From the IMG/VR virus record IMGVR_UViG_3300010383_000113, positions 101,830-165,829 of that record: 64,000 nucleotides of DNA; one strand, 5' to 3'. This document shows, piece after piece, positions 45,779 through 54,293 of the stretch; the first letter of the stretch is position 1; each line of letters opens with the position of its first letter. The notes beneath the pieces were generated by a model, which did not search any database, was not told where the DNA came from, and worked only from the letters and a program-made list of their open reading frames with translations. Both the position numbers and the translations under genes were made by a program. Origin of the DNA: a virus (Duplodnaviria; Heunggongvirae; Uroviricota; Caudoviricetes).

Positions 45779-46506
45779 TCAGGTGACGTTTGTGCGGCGT
45801 TTGTTCTCTACGATGAGTTTGATCGCCGCCGGGGAAACGCCGTATACTCGGGCGATTTCGGCCTTCCGACGGCCGTCCTGATAGAGTTTGCGAATTCCAC
45901 GTACGTCATCGTCCGAGAGTTTCTTCCTCGGTTGACCCTGAGCTTTAGGATTGGGCGTAGGACTGTAGTGAATGCCCGTGAGGCTGCTCCAGGATCTTCC
46001 TTTGATGATCGCGTTGATGGTGGTCGGGTCAACGCCAAAGAGAGCGGCGATTTGCTCCTGCGAAAGGCCCTCGTCTTTGTAGAGCCTGATGATTTCCAGG
46101 ACTTTATCAGGGTCGAGTTTTGCGTGGGGGTGGTGACCACCGGGTTGGAGGTAGTTGGTGCCGTGCTCGACCTGATCCTGGTAGTTCTCGGCCGGGCTAC
46201 CGTATTTGAGGTTGTCCAGTCTGTTGTTGGATGGATCCCCGTCGAGGTGCCGGATGAGCATCCCATCCGGTCTAGGCCCAACGTAAGTCAGGAGTACGAG
46301 TTCGTGGACGAAGAAGAAGTTCTTCCTCCCGAGTTCCACCCCGCGATGCCCCCTGTACTGGACGCTCTGCTTAAGCTGCTTCCAAGGCCCGGTGACGATA
46401 TGGTCTTTTCGTTTGTAGTGAAGGTTTGACCAAACGGTGCCGTCGTTGCCAACTCGGTAGTTGCTATAGCCGGGAACAAGGCGATACTCAACTCGAAATT
46501 CCACCG
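45779..46506 (-). CDS. HNH homing endonuclease (NUMOD4 + HNH_3 + C-terminal HTH repeats)
   Basis: YRVGNDGTVWS, HLDGDPSNNRLDNLKYGSPAEN; GTG start with AAGGAG; lower GC than flanks. Confidence 0.65.
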
Positions 46507-46680
46507 GCAGACGTCTCCTTGATGTTGAAGTGCATGGCCTGGGTGATGATCGGACCTTCGCAGTAGACCGAAAGGTCGATGGCGACCTTGACGGCGGCCT
46601 TGGGGTCGTGGCCGAGGTGCATGGCGGCCGTGGCGAAGTCGCAGCCGGCCCCGATGGCGTCGTACGCCAGGATCTCGTCA
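46507..46680 (-). pseudogene. C-terminal fragment of an HslV/proteasome-beta-like (Ntn hydrolase) gene
   Basis: NHCDGYYVDEILAYDAIGAGCDFATAAMHLGHDPKAAVKVAIDLSVYCEGPII aligns with the HslV C-terminus; N-terminal 100+ residues absent, in-frame stop upstream. Confidence 0.3.
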
Positions 46681-46795
46681 ACGTAGTAGCCGTCGCAGTG
46701 GTTTCAAAAGCTTCTTCGAAGCTTAACGGATGGGATCGGTAGGGAGTTTGAGGTGATACTCAAGTGATGGAACAACTCGGCCGGGAGGTCGACCT

Positions 46796-47041
46796 TCAAC
46801 TGTCTTGCCCCTCCCTGCTCCTCTTTCTCCACGACTCCTCCAGGTATTGGGTCAGAAGTTCACACTCCAGCATGGTCATCGTCGACCACTCCGAGTACAT
46901 GCCGTCCTTGACTTCAGCGTAACGTGCCGGGAGGCCCATTCTGACGGCCTCACAGTAATCTTCATAGGACGCGGCTTTGTGGACCCTGAGAGACGCCCTG
47001 CCCTCCAGGATCATCCTGGCGATAGCCCGCAAGTCAGACAT
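46796..47041 (-). CDS. hypothetical protein
   Basis: start MSDLRAIARM. Confidence 0.35.
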   Translation of the reverse strand: MSDLRAIARMILEGRASLRVHKAASYEDYCEAVRMGLPARYAEVKDGMYSEWSTMTMLECELLTQYLEESWRKRSREGQDS

Positions 47042-47305
47042 CGGAGATGTAGCCCCGCACATGGTCGTTGACGCAGCGATGCTCAGACTCAGTGACCTCG
47101 ACAAGCCCCTTCTTGAGTTTGAGGATGGGACCGAAGTGGGAACTGCTCATCGCTTCTCCTTCTTGATTGTGGCGATCTCGGCTTTCAGTTGGCGGATCTC
47201 GCTGTCTTGAGCGAAGTTGTAGATCATGGTCAGCAGGATCATGAGCGTTAAGCCGACCACTTGGACGAGACAGAATCGCTCTCCTTCAGACACGAAGGGC
47301 TCCTT

Positions 47306-47536
47306 TCAGATGTCGTAGTGTTCTTTCAGCAGCAGCGTGAGTTCTTCGGGATCCACGATCACGGCCTTGTCCTTCCAGGCCAGGCACTTGTCACGCTCGA
47401 TCACGGCGTCTTCATAGGACGGGAAGGTGTAGATGTGGCGGACGTCGTCCTCCGAGGATCCCGCGATGACGATCCAGCAGTTCAGGGTGATGGTCTCGCG
47501 GACTTTCTCGTACTCGTCACAGCCTCGCAGGGCCAT
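47306..47536 (-). CDS. hypothetical protein
   Basis: start MALRGCDEYEK. Confidence 0.35.
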   Translation of the reverse strand: MALRGCDEYEKVRETITLNCWIVIAGSSEDDVRHIYTFPSYEDAVIERDKCLAWKDKAVIVDPEELTLLLKEHYDI

Positions 47537-47793
47537 CAAGAATTCTCCGGAGTAGCAGGGAGGGAAGGGTGATATTCCTTTGTCCTGTCTGGCAGGTCTG
47601 TGTATATAAGAGCCGCATAGACAGAGCCTTGAGTGCCCTGGCGAACATGCTTCCAATATGGACCCTCGGCTACAACCCAGATGTACTCAACGTCCGCCGG
47701 GATTAGGTCCCTGCAATAGTTTGTGTCCGGCAAGGTAAGCACTGGAATGTCAGGACCAAGAAGTAATTTGCGAGCGAGTTCATGTGTGGTCAT
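47536..47793 (-). CDS. hypothetical protein
   Basis: ends PATPENS within a repeated 30-nt junction sequence. Confidence 0.4.
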   Translation of the reverse strand: MTTHELARKLLLGPDIPVLTLPDTNYCRDLIPADVEYIWVVAEGPYWKHVRQGTQGSVYAALIYTDLPDRTKEYHPSLPATPENS

Positions 47794-48401
47794 CAGGAAT
47801 TCTCCGGACTGGCGGGGAGGATGATCGAGGTACGCTTAGTGCCCGGAAACCAAGACAGGGGATCTTTGCGGGCTTCACGACCTCGGATCACCTGGTTGAG
47901 GCTTTCGATGGCCTGGTAGATGTCGGGGGCGGCCTCAGAGAGACTGTGACCCTCGGGCAGGAAGTCGCAGGCCCAGTCGTCCGGATCGATCTCGCGGCCG
48001 TATTCGGGCTCGCAGACGACGAGGTCAAGGTCGGCCGGGTCCAAGTCCTGATCTTCGCAGTAGTCGTAGACGTCATCTTCATCGAAGAAGTAGCGGTCGC
48101 CGCTGTAGAGAGTCAGCGGCGTTTCACCGTCCCACTCGACGAATTCAAGGCCTTGGTAGGCCAGCCGATCCTTTGCGGCTCGGCACTTCTCGCAGGACAT
48201 CCAGCCATGCTTCTTAACGAAGGCCCCACACTCGCACTGCCGATGGGTCGAGCCGTCGTAGCGGGCCGCACGCTCATCGGCCCCGTAGAAATGGCCTTCT
48301 CGCGAAACCCAGCCGGTGACGGTCTGGAGTTTGGCGGCCTCGTCGGATTCGGGCAGGACTACCAGTTCGTCCTTCTTGGTCTCAGGCATCGTCGGCCTCA
48401 T
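47793..48401 (-). CDS. hypothetical acidic protein
   Basis: ends PASPENS, same junction sequence as previous gene. Confidence 0.4.
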   Translation of the reverse strand: MRPTMPETKKDELVVLPESDEAAKLQTVTGWVSREGHFYGADERAARYDGSTHRQCECGAFVKKHGWMSCEKCRAAKDRLAYQGLEFVEWDGETPLTLYSGDRYFFDEDDVYDYCEDQDLDPADLDLVVCEPEYGREIDPDDWACDFLPEGHSLSEAAPDIYQAIESLNQVIRGREARKDPLSWFPGTKRTSIILPASPENS

Positions 48402-48903
48402 TCCCGTTGGAGATCACGGTCAACCTGCCCTGTGCGAAGGCCTTCAGAAGTTCTTCGAGGAACCGGCAGTCGTAGTGGGCCCCCTCGTAGACGTGCCCAA
48501 GGGTGATGCCGGACGATCCGAGGGTGGAGCACTCAGGGTAGTAATAGCTTCCCGGCTCATCCTCGTAAGAACTTCGCCCATCCCACTCGTAGTCGCCGTC
48601 CTCGGCCCACGAGGTCTTCTCGAACAGGCGGCGGAGGGCTTTGTCCGACATCCCCACCCCCTGCTCCTCCCACTGCATTTCGGTCGTCTCCACCGCGTCA
48701 CTCGCGAGCCGCAGCAGAACGCCGGCATCCTCCAGGACGGTGACGACCTTGGTGATCTTGAAGCGGGAGTATCCCATCGAACGTCGCTCGGCCGCCGCCT
48801 CGACGGCCTGCTCGATCGTGTTGTAGCCGTCGAACAGGCAGAGCCAGGGCGTCGTCCCGTCCGCGTCGTCGACCTGGCCGTACAGGACGTATCCAGTCCG
48901 CAC
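48382..48903 (-). CDS. hypothetical protein
   Basis: 173 aa; an internal motif copy encodes EEQGVGM, so it could be two genes. Confidence 0.35.
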   Translation of the reverse strand: MRTGYVLYGQVDDADGTTPWLCLFDGYNTIEQAVEAAAERRSMGYSRFKITKVVTVLEDAGVLLRLASDAVETTEMQWEEQGVGMSDKALRRLFEKTSWAEDGDYEWDGRSSYEDEPGSYYYPECSTLGSSGITLGHVYEGAHYDCRFLEELLKAFAQGRLTVISNGNEADDA

Positions 48904-49130
48904 TATGAAACCCTCTCCGCTTTGAGTTCGAATGATGCGATCGTCTTGACCTCCTCTTCATAGGACACGATCCGGACGATCTTGTAGGTGCGGACGATGT
49001 CCGCACTCTCGCAGGTCTCCTCGATGTCCCAGATGGCCTGTTCCGCATCTTCGAGCGTCCGGTATCCGTCGAAGACCCAGGCCCATTTTCCGTTCTTTTC
49101 GAGCGTGTAGATCGTGAACGTGACGTTCAT
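48903..49130 (-). CDS. hypothetical protein
   Basis: 75 aa ORF. Confidence 0.4.
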   Translation of the reverse strand: MNVTFTIYTLEKNGKWAWVFDGYRTLEDAEQAIWDIEETCESADIVRTYKIVRIVSYEEEVKTIASFELKAERVS

Positions 49131-49552
49131 GAGGTTGTTCCGGGGAGTAGCAGGGAGGGGCGAAGTTTGGTTTCCACTTGGAGTTCACCATGTTCATCTT
49201 GGAAGAACTTGGCGTAGACGACCTCGATATGCAGATGCTCGTTGTAGTAGGTTTGATCCACCCCCTGCTCCAGGCCCGCCAGGGCCTTCTTGTGCAGAGT
49301 TCGAGGGTTCCACCTTCGCCACTTGAACTCGCGAATGGAGCCGGGATCGAAGTTCTTTGCGATACCCTCCCCGTCGTCGTCTGCTGTCAGAAGATCGACT
49401 ATGGCGTCTTCGATGATCTCGTCCGTCGAAGTGAACGAGTAACGCTGGACGGGCTCAAGCAACAGGACAGGCCGGTCGAATTCCCAGCGGGCGTCCCAGG
49501 TCACGGACAGGAAGCGGATGGTCTGGTTCAGGGGTGGGCGATAGTTAGGCAT
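49127..49552 (-). CDS. hypothetical protein
   Basis: start MPNYRPP; CGTCCTACTGT -10-like element at 49560-49575. Confidence 0.4.
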   Translation of the reverse strand: MPNYRPPLNQTIRFLSVTWDARWEFDRPVLLLEPVQRYSFTSTDEIIEDAIVDLLTADDDGEGIAKNFDPGSIREFKWRRWNPRTLHKKALAGLEQGVDQTYYNEHLHIEVVYAKFFQDEHGELQVETKLRPSLLLPGTTS

Positions 49553-49839
49553 CAGTCTACCCAAGACAGTAGGACGAGGCTCCAGTCGACGGGTTCCAGG
49601 TTGGACTTTGCACGGGCCGCATTCACCTTGCCGAGCCACACGTCAATGAAGTCGTCGTCCATGTGGTGTCCGACCCCGACCTCTTCGTCCTGGTCGTCGT
49701 AGAGCGTGAGGAAGGTGTCGTCGTTGTAGCCCTCCAGGCTGATCCTCCAGCCGTCGGGCAGATACTCGGCGGTCGCGAAGAGTTTCTGGAGGTCCATGCA
49801 GAAGTCGGTCCGGCTCGTATGCGTGAGAAGTGGAGGCAA
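49552..49839 (-). CDS. hypothetical acidic protein
   Basis: 95 aa ORF. Confidence 0.35.
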   Translation of the reverse strand: MPPLLTHTSRTDFCMDLQKLFATAEYLPDGWRISLEGYNDDTFLTLYDDQDEEVGVGHHMDDDFIDVWLGKVNAARAKSNLEPVDWSLVLLSWVD

Positions 49840-49883
49840 GGGTGACCTCGATGTGATTGTGGGGGCGTTACCGCCTCCTGAAC

Positions 49884-50285
49884 TTAGTCATAGGGCAACA
49901 ATACGGCGTCTTCCAAAGGCCCGACCATGATGATCGGGGACAGCGGGATGATGTATTGGTAGTGGTCAAACCAGCCCTTATGTGGCGGATACATGATCTT
50001 TGCGTGATGTGCCGCACGCTCTCTGGCCTCTTCGATCGAGTTTGCCGCGTCCAGAAGATGACCGTGCGTAATGTGCAGTGAGACAGTTCCGTCTTTCAGG
50101 CGATAACGACGAGCCGTATGCACGACGGCAAAAGCTTGCGATGCTCGAACGGCTTTGATGCCTGTCGCGATAACTTCTGGCTGAGTATCTGGAACTACGA
50201 AGATCTCCTCTCTTGGTGCCTCCTCCAGTTCGCTCTTAGCAAACAGACTCAGGACGCGATTCCAGAGACATCTGAGGTGTTCCAT
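49884..50285 (-). CDS. hypothetical protein in locally lower-GC segment
   Basis: 133 aa; LHITHGH; AT-richer than surroundings. Confidence 0.4.
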   Translation of the reverse strand: MEHLRCLWNRVLSLFAKSELEEAPREEIFVVPDTQPEVIATGIKAVRASQAFAVVHTARRYRLKDGTVSLHITHGHLLDAANSIEEARERAAHHAKIMYPPHKGWFDHYQYIIPLSPIIMVGPLEDAVLLPYD

Positions 50286-50286
50286 C

Positions 50287-50553
50287 TCAGTCCTTCTTGG
50301 CGGCCTCGTCGGCCTTCTTCTGGTTCTGTTCGATGGCGATCTGGGCGTCGACGAAGTAGCCGACTCGGGCCATGTCGTTCATGGCTTTGAGTTTGGGCAG
50401 GGCTTCCGGGTTCTGGATGATCCAGGCCGATCGTGCCTCCCAGTACGAGTTGTGCGTGTCGCAGGCGAAAGGGACCGTCGCGAACAATCCGGCGACAGAG
50501 AAAAGCAAACAGCCGAAGCCAAACTGGATAAAGCCTTCGAGGATGTCGCTCAC
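50287..50553 (-). CDS. small membrane protein
   Basis: TM FGFGCLLFSVAGLFATV. Confidence 0.4.
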   Translation of the reverse strand: MSDILEGFIQFGFGCLLFSVAGLFATVPFACDTHNSYWEARSAWIIQNPEALPKLKAMNDMARVGYFVDAQIAIEQNQKKADEAAKKD

Positions 50554-50798
50554 TTCAGTCCCTCGATCTTGAGCTTGGCATCAATGTAGGTGGACCTGTC
50601 TTCGAAGCTGCTGAGTTGTTTGATGGCTGAAACTTCGTCGAGATGGGTCAAGACGTATTCCAGGCGAGCACTCTCTTCGGCGGCGTACGATTTACCGTTC
50701 ATGATGACGGTAAACCAGCAGACGACGAACATCACCATCAGCAAGAAGATCATAAGCGGGCCCGTGTAATCATCATTCGACTGCGGCTGTGTCTGCAT
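50550..50798 (-). CDS. small membrane protein
   Basis: TM LMIFLLMVMFVVCWFTVIM. Confidence 0.4.
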   Translation of the reverse strand: MQTQPQSNDDYTGPLMIFLLMVMFVVCWFTVIMNGKSYAAEESARLEYVLTHLDEVSAIKQLSSFEDRSTYIDAKLKIEGLK

Positions 50799-50893
50799 CG
50801 GGTGAGTCCAGTAAGTCTGCGAGGAATTGGTCGGCGGCCGGAGTTAGTCTGGTATAGCGAACGCCGACGTAGCGGCTACGGGCACGTTGTTCG

Positions 50894-50924
50894 GGGCTGG
50901 CTTCGCCAGCCGTAGCAGGGAGGG
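50894..50924. repeat. hairpin-motif module GGCTGGCttcGCCAGCC + GTAGCAGGGAGGGC
   Basis: direct reading (opposite orientation to most modules). Confidence 0.6.
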
Positions 50925-50926
50925 CC

Positions 50927-51226
50927 TCAGACGATGGCGACGTGCTCGTGGGCGATGATGACGGCTCGGGAGGTGACTTTGAATCCGGCGGAGGGGCTTC
51001 TCTCCTTGAGGACGTTGGCATGGTCGACGGCTTCCTTCTGGCTTGTGAAGGTGAGATGGCGTTCGCGGTCGTCCCTGACGATCTCCCAAAAGCCACCATA
51101 CGTCGCCCAGGGGTCTCCGATCCGAGTCTCCCAGATCAGGTACTCGATCCGGGCCTCCACTGCGTCGGCTTCCTGGATGTAGTAGACGATATCGTCGGGG
51201 TCGCTGAGGATCTTGGTCATGGTCAC
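50927..51226 (-). CDS. hypothetical protein
   Basis: 99 aa ORF. Confidence 0.4.
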   Translation of the reverse strand: MTMTKILSDPDDIVYYIQEADAVEARIEYLIWETRIGDPWATYGGFWEIVRDDRERHLTFTSQKEAVDHANVLKERSPSAGFKVTSRAVIIAHEHVAIV

Positions 51227-51558
51227 CGGAGGTTTTGAAGGAGTTTGTTCATCTTGTCCTCACCGCAGAGTTCGACGAGGCGTCTCTCCGCCCTCTTGAT
51301 ATAGGTCGGACGGTATGCCAGCTTCTCTCGGACGCACCGGGTGATGACGATCGCAGACATGACGAGGACGGAACTGAGCCGGTCTGGGTCGAGGAATCCA
51401 AGGAAATCGTTGATCTCGCCAAACATGCCCGCATGGCACATGCGGTCAATCTGGTCGAAAAGGAGATCGGCAGCCTCTTCGTCCCTGTCTTCGTCCGGCT
51501 CCGCCAGGCGATAGAACTCATCAAGCAGTTCAGCGACGCCGAGAATCTCATTCGCCAT
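51223..51558 (-). CDS. hypothetical protein
   Basis: 111 aa ORF. Confidence 0.4.
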   Translation of the reverse strand: MANEILGVAELLDEFYRLAEPDEDRDEEAADLLFDQIDRMCHAGMFGEINDFLGFLDPDRLSSVLVMSAIVITRCVREKLAYRPTYIKRAERRLVELCGEDKMNKLLQNLR

Positions 51559-51663
51559 GCACGCCGCTCCATTAATCCAATTCGTACGACAAGAGTAGAA
51601 GGCCCATGAAGATGGCGATCAGCATCAAGATAAGGCCGTAAGCCATGAGGTGCCGCAAGTAGT

Positions 51664-51933
51664 TCACGAGGGATCCGAGTTGAGGGCCACCTGGTAGTCG
51701 TAGAGACTCTGACGTTCCTCCTCAAGCTGCTTCTCGTCGATCTCCAGGTAGGCCATGATTAGCGACTCGTGCGACCGGGTATGCTCCACGACGCGGTCGT
51801 TCGGCAGATACTCGCCGATCATGAGGTCCTGTTCGTAATACAGCCATTCGAGGAAGGACTGGATGGTGAGTCGCTCGGACCGGAAGGCGGCCAACTTCTC
51901 GCACATCGGCGTGTCGGGACACTCAGTGGGCAT
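51664..51933 (-). CDS. hypothetical protein
   Basis: 89 aa ORF. Confidence 0.35.
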   Translation of the reverse strand: MPTECPDTPMCEKLAAFRSERLTIQSFLEWLYYEQDLMIGEYLPNDRVVEHTRSHESLIMAYLEIDEKQLEEERQSLYDYQVALNSDPS

Positions 51934-52140
51934 TCTTTCGCTCCTTGGCCTGTTCGATCGTGATTTTGGTGTCGATGAAAGGGTAGATTTGGCGAATAGT
52001 GTCGAGGGTCAGAATGTCGTCAGCGGCCTCGGGGTGAGACGCAACCCAATGGATGCGACTAGTGATGAGTTTATCGTGTTGTTCGGTGATCCAGACGATA
52101 AGCCCTGTAAGGAGGGTAGAGAACGCCACTATCATCAGCA
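51923..52140 (-). CDS. small membrane protein (paralog of 52858..53076)
   Basis: MLMIVAFSTLLTGLIVW..HWVASHPEAADDIL vs ..NWLAAHPEAGAHVL. Confidence 0.4.
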
Positions 52141-52190
52141 TGATTCGCACGCGAGGTTCCTTTCGTGGTGGTGGAGGGCCGTGTTGGACT

Positions 52191-52220
52191 TTGCCCTCCC
52201 TGCTACGTGGCCGAAGGCCA
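52191..52220. repeat. motif-hairpin module TGCCCTCCCTGCTAC + GTGGCCgaaGGCCAC (intergenic)
   Basis: direct reading, immediately after the TAA of the 52224 gene. Confidence 0.6.
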
Positions 52221-52223
52221 CTC

Positions 52224-52499
52224 TTACTCAATGACGACCATGTCTTGTTCACCGAGGATCACGATACGCCTGACGATCTTGTAGATGAAGTCGGCGTTCT
52301 TGTTGGTCGCCACCCAGAGCTTGGCCTGGTCCAGGGACGCGGCGATCACCGGCTGTCCGCCCTCGATCGGGGCACGCCAGAAGCCGTTGGACAAGCTGAC
52401 CGAGTCGCCGATCTTGGTACGCAGGACGTGAAACTCTTCCCTAGCCTCAAGACCCTGGAGGTCGTCGAAGATTGTCTCGTCGAAGTTTTGATAGATCAT
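52224..52499 (-). CDS. hypothetical protein
   Basis: 91 aa ORF. Confidence 0.4.
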   Translation of the reverse strand: MIYQNFDETIFDDLQGLEAREEFHVLRTKIGDSVSLSNGFWRAPIEGGQPVIAASLDQAKLWVATNKNADFIYKIVRRIVILGEQDMVVIE

Positions 52500-52861
52500 C
52501 GATCCTCATTCTCGCGAAGAAAGTTTAGGGCGGACCTTACACTCTGCTCAAACCCTGGCTTCGAGGTGATTTGCCGTAAGGATGCGGCGAGACCACTTCT
52601 GTCGGATGGGTAATCGATGATTCGTGGATCAGCCAGGCTGTGCGGCAGAGCATTCGATTCTGGATGATCGGTTATAGTGCCGACACGTACTTGCTCGCCG
52701 ACTTCCAGCTTGAGCATGTCGAGCATGATGAAACGCTCGATTGGAATCCCATCGAAGTCGTCGTCGGCCAGGCCGCACTCCTCATCATTCAGTAGGATGA
52801 CGAAGCACTTGGATCCGCGAACGTCGGCGATACGCTTCAGATAGATGTGGCCGTAGTTCAC
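52496..52861 (-). CDS. hypothetical protein
   Basis: 121 aa ORF. Confidence 0.4.
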   Translation of the reverse strand: MNYGHIYLKRIADVRGSKCFVILLNDEECGLADDDFDGIPIERFIMLDMLKLEVGEQVRVGTITDHPESNALPHSLADPRIIDYPSDRSGLAASLRQITSKPGFEQSVRSALNFLRENEDR

Positions 52862-53076
52862 GGACGCTCCTTCTCGATTTCGGCGTCGATGTAGCGACGC
52901 ACCGCGTCGTAGTCTCGGAGCTGGAGCACATGAGCACCGGCCTCGGGATGGGCGGCCAGCCAGTTGATTCGTGTGTGGTGTTGGTTAGTGCCGCCAATCA
53001 TCAGAAGCATCACGATCAGGGACGCCACCACGCAGATCAAGATTCCGGCCAGCGAGAGAAGGTCTAGGTCTTTCAT
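52858..53076 (-). CDS. small membrane protein (paralog of 51923..52140)
   Basis: start MKDLDLLSLAGILICVV. Confidence 0.4.
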   Translation of the reverse strand: MKDLDLLSLAGILICVVASLIVMLLMIGGTNQHHTRINWLAAHPEAGAHVLQLRDYDAVRRYIDAEIEKERP

Positions 53077-53111
53077 GGGGTCTCCTAGGTGAGAATGTGG
53101 GAGCAGTGAGG

Positions 53112-53568
53112 TCATCCCTTGTCGTCCTGGTTGAAATACTCATAGGACAGGTGTTCGGCCCGGGGGACGCGGATGGCGTTCACGCGGTCGCACATAGGGC
53201 TGTTCGCGAGCATTGTGCATCGGAAGTCGAGAGAGTCCGGCTTCGCGTTATGTACGAACGGGTGACAGCACAATGAACAGCTCGCGGGAACCATGATCTC
53301 GCTCCAGGCAATGTCGTCCGGGTCGATGAGGTCGCCGTCTTGATACTTGGGAGGTCCGATCCCATCTTCGACGAAGGGGATGATAACGCTCCATGACATC
53401 GGGGCGGCCCCATAGACCTTGTCGGGATTCTGGGTGTGGAGCGACTCGGCCGCCGCACGAGCCTCCTTCCAGGTCATGTGGCGAGACACCACGTCCAGAC
53501 AGTCCGCTCGCTGGACCAGGACGAAGTATCGAGGCTTGTTGTAGAGATCATCAACATCAACCATCACG
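53112..53568 (-). CDS. hypothetical protein with Cys-rich C-terminus
   Basis: probable start MVDVDDLYNK; SCSLCCHPF. Confidence 0.4.
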
Positions 53569-53585
53569 TAGTCTCCCACAAAGAA

Positions 53586-53634
53586 GAGGAGCAGGGAGGG
53601 CACGTCTCCACCCCCTGCTCCCCGACGAAGTCGG
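53586..53634. repeat. near-perfect inverted motif pair GGAGCAGGGAGGG-8nt-CCACCCCCTGCTCC plus hairpin CCGACgaaGTCGG
   Basis: direct reading; 12-13 bp potential stem. Confidence 0.65.
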
Positions 53635-53826
53635 TCAGCTTTTGACGCCCCTGTGAAGATCACGGCACTTCTCTGAGCAGTAGTGCAGCCATCTTCCCTT
53701 TCGGCTCCGCTCGTAGATCAGGGTTCCTTCATCGACCATCTTACGTCGAGCCGTGCAACCATCTACGAGTTCGTTGAATATCTCCCTGGAACATCGATCG
53801 CAGATGGCCTTCCATCCTTTGGTCAT
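53635..53826 (-). CDS. zinc-ribbon mini-protein
   Basis: CDRC...CSEKC. Confidence 0.35.
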   Translation of the reverse strand: MTKGWKAICDRCSREIFNELVDGCTARRKMVDEGTLIYERSRKGRWLHYCSEKCRDLHRGVKS

Positions 53827-54293
53827 TCATCCGCCCTCATCAGATTGATGCTGCGGTCGTTGTTGATCATGATCCGGAAGATGTCGCCGACTTGCGGGAG
53901 GTGGTCGAAGAAGACCCTGTCGGCGTGTTCTCGCAGGATCATGGTCCGGCCGTCCTTCAGGCCGCGAACTTCTACGACGACATCATAGGACCGGGCCTCG
54001 TGCTGCTTGTAATTGCCGTACTTGTAGACGTCGGTTTCGCCCAGGGCTCGAACAACTTCGACCAGGCCGTCGTTGCTCTTGGCATAGCCCTGAAGATTTG
54101 TCAGGACGGCCTGTTTCTTCAGGTGGTCGTTAACGGCCATGTAGCCGAACACAGTCAGAATCAGGAACAACGGGAGGAGTAAACCTCCCATCATCGTCCA
54201 GAAAAAGATCTGGGCGTCTTTGTCGGCGTCGGAGACGCCTCCCTTGGTGGTTCTGGTCGCATTCGAGATCGCCACCATCGCTGGTAGGTTCAA
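53823..54293 (-). CDS. membrane protein
   Basis: TM MMGGLLLPLFLILTVFGYM. Confidence 0.4.
   Translation of the reverse strand: MNLPAMVAISNATRTTKGGVSDADKDAQIFFWTMMGGLLLPLFLILTVFGYMAVNDHLKKQAVLTNLQGYAKSNDGLVEVVRALGETDVYKYGNYKQHEARSYDVVVEVRGLKDGRTMILREHADRVFFDHLPQVGDIFRIMINNDRSINLMRADE

Noticed and set aside
48382-48903. Splitting ORF 48382..48903 into two genes at the internal motif (EEQGVG|MSDKAL)
   Set aside because: There is no in-frame stop before the internal ATG, so a single gene cannot be excluded; reported as one CDS with reduced confidence.
53586-53634. Inverted motif pairs as intrinsic terminators
   Set aside because: They are not followed by a U-run on either strand and most lie inside coding sequence; only 20384-20426 has classical terminator architecture.
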